NCBI GenBank assembly: GCA_044892525.1
Contig: CM097885.1
Span: 49,974,001 to 50,038,000 of the forward strand
DNA length: 64,000 nucleotides
Direction of reading: 5' to 3'
DNA from: Schmidtea polychroa
Taxonomy: Eukaryota
The stretch's first letter is position 1. Each line of letters starts with the position of its first letter. This document shows positions 42,017 through 54,900 of the stretch, piece by piece. A model generated the notes under the pieces. The model saw nothing but the letters and a program-made list of their open reading frames with translations. It was not told where the DNA came from and did no database searches. A program made the translations under genes and the position numbers.

Positions 42017-43535
42017 GTTTAAACCATAACCAGGAAGAACAAGTAAATAGTTTTATTTTTATTCAGGTTATAAATGCGTATTAATGAATATAACTTTTAT
42101 TGTAACACAAGATTTATTAGATAAAAATATTATATTAATGGAAATTTCTCGACTTTTCTCTTCACAGGACTGGTGACGATGCCGTTTGTGGACTCCGAAT
42201 ATGATGGCCCATGATCCGAAATGACAAGAATAATGATTTGAAAATGTCATTTTTCGAGAATGTGCGATTTTTCCAGATGAGGATAGTAGAAGTATGAGAA
42301 AAAAAATTGTGATGTCGAGCGATTGAATTATTATGTAGTGAATGTGGTTGAGAAATAAATTCCAGTTGACACAGAAGTCGGATGCGGCATATCATATTCT
42401 GAGCCAAAGGCATGGTCACCAGATAAATTTGATATATTGTAATTCGTATCATTGTAAACATAATGAATTCATTTACAAACGTTTAATAATTCGATTTTTA
42501 TATTTTTGTTTCTGTTTTGACGAGTTGAGTAGATCCGTCTATCGTGGTGGTCTGGAAACGGTCGGTAGCAATACCGATGGTTCCCAGGTGAGCTATGGTA
42601 AGTGGAGAAGCCAGTAATGTTGGAGTGTGACAGTAAAATTAATACCATAGAACTGGGTGTCGTCACCGAGAAGCGAACGGAGGAGAAATATGTTCATAAT
42701 AGAAATCCTGAGAAACCACTATCCATCTCATAACCTTCGATAGCAATTATATTCAAAAGGACATATGGCTTACATGAGACAATTCGAACTTTTAAAATAT
42801 TCATCGTATTTTAGTTGTTAAAATTTTCAAATCAATCTTTGACTAAGCAATTAGGAAATCCTCAGATCTTCAACTATAAAATATCCCAATATCGTCGGAA
42901 ATTTCATAGGTATTTCCGTTTCCAGACTTTCTATCGGACGACGTGACACTTTCATTTCCACAAGCGTAGGAGTAGCATTATGCGTATAAGTGAACAAATC
43001 AATTTTTGATGCACAGATTTGGTAATCATTTGTTAACCGATATAATTCTCATTACACGACCTTCGCGCTAGTAGAAATCTCGAATTGACCCACATGAACA
43101 TCGAATTTGTTGTAAACATTTCACCCATCCGGTCAACCGAAAATTTAAACAATTACTGTCAATTATCTACCAAGATCAAATTTTTCTAAATTGTCGATGC
43201 CAATCGGGATTACCGTTGATAATAGTAGGTGGACTGAGATAGTTTATATTGGTTGTTTAGATGAACCTGTCGATCTTACATATAATGCTGATGTTAAACC
43301 AATAGAACATATAGAATTATGTAATCCACTCTAGATAATCACACAGATTTTTGTATAATCAATTATGAACCAGACAAAACCATTTCTCGGATAAAAACGC
43401 AGATATTAAAAACTTACAGGAACACATAAAGGGTCTAAATAAGCGCATTGAAGACACTTAAATACACGTGGTTCTCTCCGCCACAGATGAAAGCACTGCA
43501 GAGACAGTTTCCTCGAGGAAAGTCGCTGTCAGCGA

Positions 43536-44075
43536 TTGACGATTAAGGCGCAATCCGAAGCCTTACATCAAGTGTATTCTGAATCAGAGTTGAGGAGAAG
43601 GGTACGAGAATACCCGATTAAAGATGGGACTAACGTGTTCCCATTACATCATCGAACGGATGAGCCGCAATTACCTTCGACAAATTGTACGGGGCACGGA
43701 TTCGAATTTCCACTGATTACCGAATCGATCTTATCTGGGACATCGAAAGGACAATGTGAGTCGACAATAATAACCAAGGAGACGGCTCCTCTTTCACTGC
43801 AGAGTCGTCCAACTGAATCTGCAACGGTAAACTCAAAGAAGCAAAAGCGTCCTTCTCTGGCCGAACGCAATCAGAAACGTCGAGATGAGATTGCCGCCTT
43901 AGAGGCATCCCTGTTTGCAGCTCAGGCTTTGAGTGCTCAGGCCCCAAGGGAGAAAGGGCCAATACCAAAGGGAACCTATCGAGTTGTTCCGTCTGGGACA
44001 CTCCCTATTCCAGAAGACACGCAGCTACAGGTGGACATAGACGACCTGTTAGCTGAAGAAGAAATGACCTTATGA
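43536..44075 (+). CDS. Unidentified 179-aa open frame in a GC-richer block
   Basis: Long ORF for this base composition, with a basic NLS-like stretch (KKQKRPS..QKRR); no recognised domain. Confidence 0.3.
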   Translation: MTIKAQSEALHQVYSESELRRRVREYPIKDGTNVFPLHHRTDEPQLPSTNCTGHGFEFPLITESILSGTSKGQCESTIITKETAPLSLQSRPTESATVNSKKQKRPSLAERNQKRRDEIAALEASLFAAQALSAQAPREKGPIPKGTYRVVPSGTLPIPEDTQLQVDIDDLLAEEEMTL

Positions 44076-44990
44076 ACATGAGATGTCAAGATTAGTGATA
44101 TTTCTCACCATAATTTGTAGCATTACGGACATTTATTTGGCTGTGTAAACGCAAGGCGATTCGGAATTGTCACTTGTGAATCAGTATGAGTAGATTTGAC
44201 ATATAATTACAAACTTTTTGCCCTATATTATTGTTGACCGGCATCAACTGAAACTCGGATATCAAACCTCGAAGTAATATTATATTTTTCGGTTTCTACA
44301 AAGAACAGAGTCATAGTTTAATATCCTCGTTGTGTTTTTGGGATAAGCCTAACTTAAATCTGATCCGTTGCTTTTTAGCTTGTCATTATCATGAAAAATA
44401 TAAACGATTAAACGTATCCGCAATATAAAACAAGATTTACTTTGGTCGAGGTCGCAACGTAAACGGCCAGATTCCTTATGCTTCATGACAGAGACATAAC
44501 TGACAAATTACCTTTTGGTCGACCATATTATAGTAGACAGAATATATATTGCGTTGTGCAAGCGTCATTCAGTGTGTCACTTTTAGATGAATTACACAGC
44601 GTTTGTATTTTCTAAACCTGCAGCAAATTTCTGTGCCATGATTTCTGCACACAAGATGTGACCCCTCTGTCGAAACAATTACAATCTATTTCTAACAATT
44701 ATTTATAAATTTGTTTTAGTGAATTAACTGTTCATTTATTTTTCTTATGATCTTTGCATTTTGTCGTGAGTTATTGGGTGATTGGCTCCGACACTAACCA
44801 TACTCACAATTAATTTGGACAGTGTTCGAGTTCTGAGTTATTTTCGCCGCACAATCATTGAACCGTCGTCATGTTCCTCATCAACAGTTTAATCCAACTT
44901 TATTAGTTTCGTCATAATCGAATTTTTAAGGTACATTTTGCTTGCGTCTAATATTAGATGAAATTTTAGGTAGGAGCTGTTGTACAAACA

Positions 44991-47900
44991 ATGGAATTCA
45001 GTTTAATGATAGTAGGTAGTTATGTGCACTTCAGATCTAGATACCCCCTCCCCCACGTTATTTTTCAAAAATAATCAATAGCTTAAATTTGAGATACTTC
45101 AGAAAATTTTAGAAGAAATTTAATATTAAACAATTCGACATTTTTCAAATTGAAAATGTAATAATATAATAAAGCACATTTATTTAAAGCACATAATAAA
45201 GCACATTTATTTAAAAATTTTAAATTCTTAGTGGCAAACTTTAAAATCATACAAATGTTCTACAAATTAATATAAAGGAAATTCAAGCCATTATTAAATT
45301 TAAATTCATGTAACTTAATTTCGTTTATAGCCATTTGTTTTTATACATAGTTTTTCAAAATTATTTGTACTGACTTTGAAATATTTTTATCAGGATTTTA
45401 AATTTCATAGATTTAAAATCGAATTTAGACCTTGAAAATTTAATGTGTAAAATTAAATAATAATGAACAAGGTTCAATTTACTTTTTAATTTTTATGAAT
45501 TTATATGTCCATATATCTATTTATTTATAGAAACCTATAAATTCTAATCCAACAAAGGAATTCTTTTTATTATTGAAAACTATTGAAAAAGCCACAAAAA
45601 ATCAAGCTAAAATTAAATCTTATAATCCAGAAGATATTTCGTCGTTTATAGTTGAGATTTGTCCTAAAAAAGGATTATACCAATTTGCAAAGTTTCTTTT
45701 TCAAGTAATAAATGATTGAATATATCTCATTTTCATGAGTAAATAGATTCAATTAGTTTCTTATCCCCGTGAGTTTCCAAACGTTATCTGTTTGTCTGAT
45801 ATATATCATCCTAATATTGAACATGGTGAAGGATATCATAATGTTTGTTTGAATTTGTTTGATAATTGGAATAGGTAATTTTCATTTTTCAACCGAGATT
45901 GTTTATATTCTAAAATACCAGATCTTTCGGCTTGATTGATGTAATCCAAGGTCTTATTTTTCTTTTGTACCAACCAAATCTTTCAGATCCAATTTCATCG
46001 TTTTTCAATTCAAAAAACACAAACGATGAAATATTTCGTAGAAATGTTTACACGTCTTTGCACGGTGGAACAGTTGATGGAATTGATTTCTTGCCAAACC
46101 CGGGAATTTGTGAGTATATTGAAAATATGCAAAAGCGACCGATAGAAGAAACAACCGGAGTTGATGATTCTAAGAATTATTCCACTAATATAAAAGTAGA
46201 AATGGAAACCTGTTCAATTGAAACGGTCGAAATGCCGAAATACATTGATAAAACTGATGATATCCGGAGAGAAAATGAAACAAATTCGGAATTGGATTGT
46301 ATTAATGGAATTATGACAAATAATGTGAGCGATTTTATTTGGATATATATTTGTTTTCCCATCGATTTAGAATAATAGGGAAACCTTTTTTATGCCACTA
46401 GACGACAATAGGTAGTAAAATTCTTTTGAATATTTCGAATAGATTTTAAAATTATATAATCAAAAAAGTACATTTCAAATTTTGCCATTTTAGTAATATA
46501 TAATGACACAACTTTTCCTTCACGACTTATTCGGTACTGTTCTATAGGATTCCTTAGGTTTGCTCTTAAAACTATTGGAATATGAAGACGAAACATAAAC
46601 ACGATTCATTTTAATTTAAACAAGATGCATTTATCGGAAAGTCTAATTTATTATAAAATCCAATAATACACAATGATTTAATTTTATAATCCAAAGTTTA
46701 AAGTTATTTTGTCAGTATTTTTATTTTTAATATTTTATTATTATTTATTTATTTGAATCATATTTTAATAAATGATTCCGCTATCTATAAATTAATTTTA
46801 TCATTTACACCAGGGGTTCCCAAAGTTTTTCTTAGGCTGGCCAAAGAAAAGGAATAAAATTTTCCCTATTTTTCGTCCCACCTCTAGTGAGTTGGAGCAG
46901 TGTATTTTTGAATATGGCATATGCCTGTCTTGCTCAGGGCAACTGGGTAGGCAGGAAAAGGTCTGGTGGTACAGTTGTAACATGCGGCACAGCGTACATC
47001 ATTAAACAAAATGATAAATTCGTTATTGACTCCTTGAGATTGTGTGTTACATTAAAATATTTTAATGCATTTTATTTGTAATACTTCCTCTGTCCAAAAA
47101 TGATAGTCCAGTTGCATTTTAGCCTTTTTCCCAAAATGATTGTCAATAGCGAATATAAAAAATTGAACGGTTTTGTAAAACCTTTTACAGTAAAAACACA
47201 TTAAATAATTTTATTTTATTGATTGAACAAATAACAAAACTGCATTTTAATTATTATTGTTACGTATAAAAGAAATTACATTTAAATTCAAACTGGACTA
47301 TCATTTTTGGACAGAGGGAGTATTTATTATTTATTTTACTATTTACTTATTTATTTTTTAATAAAAATATAATATATCGTATCGATATCGTGGGCCGCAC
47401 TCTGGGAATCCCTGATATAGATTATTATTATTATTATTTATATTTAACCCTTTCGCTACGGGGCGTTTTTGCATAATTTGTGTCTCAGTACGGCATGCAA
47501 ACGGCCGTAAACGTTGACAAACAAGATGAAACATGCCAGCGGATCGGTATGTTTCCCGTAGTCTGAGACAAAATAATGACTACTCGTAAATCAATATTTG
47601 ACATGTTTATAGTAATTTTATTAGTCTGTATCATAATTACAATACATTGGATTCGTTTGGTTCTCGTTGCAAGTAATAAAATTCTGCGTATGTGAGACAC
47701 AAAATTATTTTATGGCTTCGTACGGTTCCCGTGGCGAAAGGGTTAAATGACTAATAATATACACATCTTTGTTTTAATAAATAAATTACTAAATAACATT
47801 AATTTTTAATTATAATGAATGATTGTATGATTTTATGGAAATAATTTTAGACATGTTTGACTCAATTTGCACTATCGAATGGTGTTTCTTTATTTGAATT

Positions 47901-48842
47901 TGTATATTGAAGTATTAAATTAGTTTTATTAAACATTAATTTTAAAGTACCTCTACAGGAAATCTAAATTAATTTATTTTCTTTTTTAACCCTTTGACAT
48001 TTCCATTAAAATGATCCTTTAAATCATTTATCATTAAAATTTGAGGTTTTTATAGGATATCTAATTTTTCTGAATCAATTAATTACTAAAAAGTTATAAT
48101 TGTTATTTTTAGAAGTAAGTATCTGTTAATTTATTGTGAACTCCGGGAAACTTAGATTTGGAATCGTTGACATAGCATATAATTTTTAATCAATAGTAAT
48201 TACGCAATATTTTATGCAGGGGTTTTCATTTAAAATGACCTTTTTATGAAATTCCATGCCCGTAGTCGCGCTTTTCTTATAATTCGGCTTTAATCGTCTC
48301 AGGAGTCATGGAACAATTATTGAAAATTCTATTTCTGATCGATGAATTGTTTTCCATTAATAATATCTTGGTATTGTCCTCTTCAACATATTCTGCTTAA
48401 ATGTTTACTGAAAATAAATTATTCTTTCATGCGTTTAGAGAGTTATCAAAATAAATAAGTATAAAGATTATTCTAAAAAACCATTTAAAATGAAAATCCT
48501 GTATTTTTATCACATAAAGCTTGGTAGGCCAGTGGATTACGGTGCCAATAATTTGTTAATATTTCACAGTTGAAATCATTGCTTTTTTTAAACGAAAACA
48601 AACGTAAATTTGTATAATTTTAGTGGTATTTGAATCGGTGAAATGAAACATTGGTTTAGAAATGCAATAAAAATCCCAGGTGACATGTTTTGTTTAGAGA
48701 AAATCGCTGTGAATAAATATATTTTCACTGGATAACTATTGGGTAAATTTAGCACGAAGCTTATATCGATTAGATTTCGAATTGATTTTTTATTTTCACA
48801 TCTTTTTTACCAGCATATCTGAATTTATGACACACACGCGCA

Positions 48843-48909
<67 letters not shown>

Positions 48910-51900
48910 AGAACTTTTTTTTTCCATTGAATTTATTAAAAAGAGAGCTTGAAGACTAAATAAGTAATATATCGATGTTTTTTGATACTCGCGAATTTTC
49001 GGCACTACCTTTTTCAAGAAATTCACTTGAAACAGGCAGTGTCGAAAATTCGTGAGTATCAAAAAACATCGATATATTACTGATGTATAGTCTTCAAACA
49101 TATAATTAAAGTCTTCGTTACTAATGTTTTTTTAGGCGACCATGATAAATGTTTTCAAAACGGATGTAATTAGGTGTTCTGTGATATACTTCGTCCTTTA
49201 TATATTTCACAAAAGTCCACTCGGCCATGATTTGAAACCCCATAATGCATGTAGAGTGCTACACTTACAATTTCCCTATTATTACAAACAACTTTTACCA
49301 TATTTGTTTATAAACATTCTTGATGACAATCCGATTTTCGGATTCTTATTTTAACTGCTTTTTATGATTCCGAATTTGAACGTACAGAATTATGTACAAT
49401 AAAAATTTTCCTGCTTCAATAATCAATATAATTTGTTAGGGTTTTAATGCTATTTTTGAGCATTGTTATTATTTATTTCAATGCAAAAAAAATGCCGTCA
49501 TAGAAATAGAGTGAGTGGAAATAAATGTCATTCAATTAATTACTGAGTGAGTTGAAATGAGAAACAAAGTTTTTGTTTTTTCTCGAGTACTTGATAATAC
49601 TGTTCTTGTTTTTTTGCAATGAAAACTCGTTTACTTTTCATCCCAAATTTTAAAGGAGTTTTGTGATTCTTAAATACTTGGCATGATTATTGATATCTAT
49701 TTTAACAAAAGAAGAATTGCTAATTTATTCATTATAAAATTTAAAACAACTCAACCCAATTATAGTTAGTATATACAATAGGTTTTTACTGATCTCTTGA
49801 AATTAGAATCTTTTTTAAAATCGTATTTCTTTATGATACAATTTAGAGGTACCTGGACATTACACATAAAAACAATTTTACATAAAATATGAAAAAGAAG
49901 TGAAGTTCAAAACACGGATGTGCAATGTTTAATTGCTTCATTCTTGGCTATACCATTTGCTCCAGAAGAGGAGATATTAAGTTCTTTCAACTATTTAGCA
50001 GAGAATTGGCCACTTGAAATAACAAGTTTTATAAACTTTTATGGAAGGCATTATATAGTCATTTTAAATATAATAATGAATGGGTTTAGTCATATAACCT
50101 GGAATTGTTTTAACTCAGTGCTTTCTGGGTTTCGCATGTCTAATAACGTGGTTGAAGGTTGACATTCTCGCTTCCAAAGTGGTATTAAATCCAACCATGC
50201 TCGAGTTCATCAGGAAGGATGAAGCGGACAATAAGATATCGATAGGACAATTGTTTGGAATGCACAGGCGAATTAGGCATCCAATAAAGAAAGCTTGTTT
50301 AATAAACAATTCTCGAATAAGTGAAATGGTGTGATCCTATAGCTTTTATAAAATGCATGGTGAAACAAACCTTTATTTGCCAGAATTGGTAGATTGCTAA
50401 AGAACAATTTCGCATGTATATCCAGAACAAGATAGGCAATGATTAAAAATCTTATTTTAAATGTTTTTTTAAATAATGTATCTTATCAAACATTTAGTAG
50501 TTTGATCTACAGGAAATTAAAAGCTCAAATTATTACGTATAAATTTAATGTAGTGTAAACGAAACGATTTAACAGTAAGCAAATTCTAGATAATCTTTAT
50601 TTTAGCAACATCCACAGCGAAAACTGCAAAAACTACACAAGTAACACTAGAAATTACAACAATAGGTGTTGTTTAAAATAAGCTACTGTATCTTTACGAA
50701 AATAAATGATGGATACATTAATGTATATTTTATATAATCAGTAATATCTTAACTAGAAATATATAGAAAAACCTTTTTTACCATAGTAAGAGTAAAATTT
50801 TTTATACCCGCATAAACACTCTACCACCATTAATTTATTTCTCCTATTCTGATATGAACTCTAACAAGGCATTCATGTATCTTCTAGGAGTATATGATTT
50901 AATTCCGTTACACGTCCATTCATTCCATTGTCTTTTCAAACTACCCAAAAATACAGTAGTAACGGGTACATCTAGTGGTAGTAGGGCGGAATAGATATTG
51001 TGTTTATTTTATTCTTAACGAAATTTTCTAAAAACAGTCTTTTCTTCTCTATGGTTCCCCATATTCATCCAACATCAAAAGAATAGCACAGATCTTTCCA
51101 AATAGACCATTCATATCAAAATACGTTCTAATTCAAGTCTTCGTTAATTCTGTACTCATAGAACCTTTTTTCAAAACAACCAAAAATATGAATGTAAAAA
51201 ATCATGGCAAGTCTAATTTTCTAGTTTCCGGTTGTCGATACCTCCGTGTTTTCTCTTGAAAGATGTTGCTTGAGACTCAACTATGTTTCATACATGGTCG
51301 TCATCAAAATTCATCGAAAAAAGATTTAATTTTTCGAAATATTGACAAACAACAACAGGCAAATCCTTCTCCCCAATATGCACTATTTTCTGTTAATTTT
51401 AAAACAAATTTTTCTGAATTCTTATCTTAAAATATATTATTATTAGTATTATCGATAGTGCGAACATATTAGACATTTACATTAAATTTTCAATATCTAG
51501 CAAAAAAGTTTGAATAAAATGAATTATCTATCGAATAATGAAGAATAATGCATTTGACGTTTTTTTTTTGAAAAATACTCCGTAGAAAATATAAGCTGTG
51601 TATAATACATCATTTTATACGTTTTTTTGACTCAATTTGTTAAAAATCTTTTGGGGTTCGTAAGAAAGAGAATTCAAAAAAATCTCAGTGGTGCTCTTGG
51701 AAAGTATATAAAATTATTTAACAAACACATGCTATTTGTGTTACTCTTATAACTAAACATTCCAACAATGCCTTAGTTTGGTTAGGTATTTCTACAATAG
51801 CTAAAATTGTCAACTGATAAAATAAGACAATATAATATTTACAATATTTGCTGTTTTCAATTATTAACAGCAAATTACAAATAACTTTCAATACTATATT

Positions 51901-54900
51901 CATTCAAGAATGCTGCTCAAATATGTTCCACTGCCAACGATAACACTAATAACGATAATGCCAATGAGACTATTGCTCTAGATCCTGTTCTTGAGGATAA
52001 CAGTGAGTACAATTCAGACGAGGAAGAGAATCTTCCAGTTCGAGAAGTCATATCTCCGAATGCTTTCTATTCCGACTTAATATGCTCACGATATATCAAT
52101 CCAGAGGCCTATAGTGATTCCGAGTATGATACAAGTGAAATATGGGATGCATCAATAATTTGCGATAATTTCGGTTTCCCCTCTTCTTCATATGTCAGTG
52201 CTGGCAGTGAATTCGATGAGAACAACGATTACTTTTACAATGACGGCGATGAGGACGATGACGATGAAATTATAGAATTCAATAGAGAACATCCGTACAT
52301 ATCGGTGCCTTCAAACCATGATGATCCAGCTTATATTTTCTTGCGCAAATGGGTGGACTGGCGTAGGCACATGAATATATCATTGGAATCTCCTAAACCA
52401 ATAACAACTATCATATTGACAAATGTGAGTTTTTGTTTAAATCGATATTATTTATCCATTAATTATCCGCATTATGATAAGTGCAATTTAATAATTGAAT
52501 TGATAGGAATTTCAATTGGCTGTCTCTTAGTAGTAGTGTTAAACTGTATTTCAAATAGGGCTTATCGATTCAATTATTTAATTGTTTAAATGAAGTTGCG
52601 ATTTTGAATTTTTGTTTTTATGAACTGGTTTTATTACCATTTAATTTAAACAAAAAAAATATTCGGGAAGGTGGTTTCAAAAATTTATCACTTCTCATTA
52701 TTTATTATAAAAATTTTAATCGATAAAATGCACTTTTCTCATTACTTCAACTGTGCACAGTAATCATTGATTTCATTAAACGATAAATAATTAATTACTA
52801 TTATTGATTTCATTAAATGATAAATAATTAATTACTAGTATTGATTTCATTAAATGATAAATAATTAATTACTAGTATTGATTTCATTAAATGATAAATA
52901 ATTAATTACTAGAATTGATTTAAATAAATAATTAATTACTAGTATTGATTTAATTAAATGATAAATAATTAATTACTAGTATTGATTTAATTAAATGATA
53001 AATAATTAATTACTAGAATTGATTTCATTAAATGATAAATAATTAATTACTAGAATTGATTTCATTAAATGATAAATAATTAATTACTAGTATTGATTTA
53101 ATTAAATAAATAATTAATTACTATTATAGATTTAATTAAATGATAAATAATTAATTACTATTATTGATTTAATTAAATGATAAATAATTAATTACTAGAA
53201 TTGATTTCATTAAATGATAAATAATTAATTACTATTATTGATTTCATTAAATGATAAATAATTAATTACTAGTATTGATTTAATTAAATAAATAATTAAT
53301 TACTATTATTGATTTAATTAAATGATAAATAATTAATTACTAGTATTGATTTAATTAAATGATAAATAATTAATTACTGGAATTGATTTAATAAGAAGTG
53401 CCTTGTAGTAAGGAAATTATCCCCTTTAGTAATGGATATAAGAGGATTCGGGGTAGAATCTATCATAAAAATATTTACTATCGGTATATATGGATTACAT
53501 GGACTAATTTCTTATCTCCATTCAAATAATTGTATCGCTTTGAACAACGCTATCTACGTTACACGTCATCGTATCCACGTAACTCCATCCTTAGCTCGTC
53601 TTGGTATCTCTATCCATTCTCCAAAAAGAGTCACGCTTATCCAGCTTATTCATAGACTCTTCCGCGATTTCCCAGGATCTTCTTATCTCAATCGCTGATT
53701 TGGTTAATGATCTACATGATCCGCTTCTTCCTACTGCCTACTGCAAGCGGTCATTATTATCCTATTTCATACACTCATAATTGTTCTAGAACACAATTTA
53801 TACCCAATGTACTTGAATAACCTTTAAAAATTGGTCAAAAATTAATTAAACATTCTAAATAAAACGGCAGCATTTATTGATTCAAATTGTGATTATGCTT
53901 TCAATAAACGGACGTGTAGAAATTACATTGCTCATGGCAAGGTTTGAATCAATATTATTGGCTAATGGAAAATCGTGCTATACTGACAAAGAAGACTTTG
54001 AAGAGAAAATATTTGTAAAATTTAAAGAAATTGGCAGTGTTGGTTATGTTGGGAAGTTGGGAAGGCCATCACTTGACGATGGAAAAATTGAAACAATTTG
54101 ATTTAATTATGAAAGCAATCATAGCAATAGATCGATAAGAAATAATATTAAGGCAGTTAGATGGAGTCTTGTAAAACAGTTTTAAGGGTTTTAAAGAAAG
54201 GACCTTAAAATAAGCCTTAAAAACCTCAAATGAATCATCAGTGACATGGAGAAGATTTATTATGCAGAAAGAATCGCAATGTGAGACTTTAATTAATCAG
54301 ATTGACAATATTTTCTTGAAAATCTCAAATGAATCACTGATGAATCAACTTTTCATTAAACGCTTTCAATACGATTTTTCTATTTTAATAATTCATGTAG
54401 TATTTATAGCAGACGTGTATACTGTTTGTTAGCAACATCTAGACTGACAAAATTTTATAGAAAAGAAAAAAAGCAGACAGGTTTGGACTTGTTTGCGAGC
54501 CTATGACCGTGCAGTACTAAAATAGGCTATAAAGTTCTCTGGGACAATTTGTCCCTACAGTATTGAAAGGGTTAGACGGTTTATTAACCAGTACAACTGT
54601 GTAATCTCTGGCTCTCATTGAACCTCCTAATGAAATTACCCAACAATCTCACTCCATCCTAAAAGTGAATGTTTCCGTATAACATGCTATTGGTCCATTC
54701 TTTTTTCATGACAAATGTCAGAAAATGATTTCCAAAGTAATTTCCTAGCAGAATGGAGCTCCTGCGCATAATGCATGTCAAGTCAAGGGATTTTGAACCG
54801 TAAATTTCCTAGAAGATCGATTGGAAGAGCAAGACTATTTATTTAAGTTACCAAGTTATCTGGCCTATCACCACTCGACTTTTTTTCTTAGAAGGCATCC

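Noticed and set aside
52767..53390. CRISPR-like appearance of 37-bp repeats
   Set aside because: Head-to-tail units with no unique spacers, no cas genes, eukaryotic intron context.
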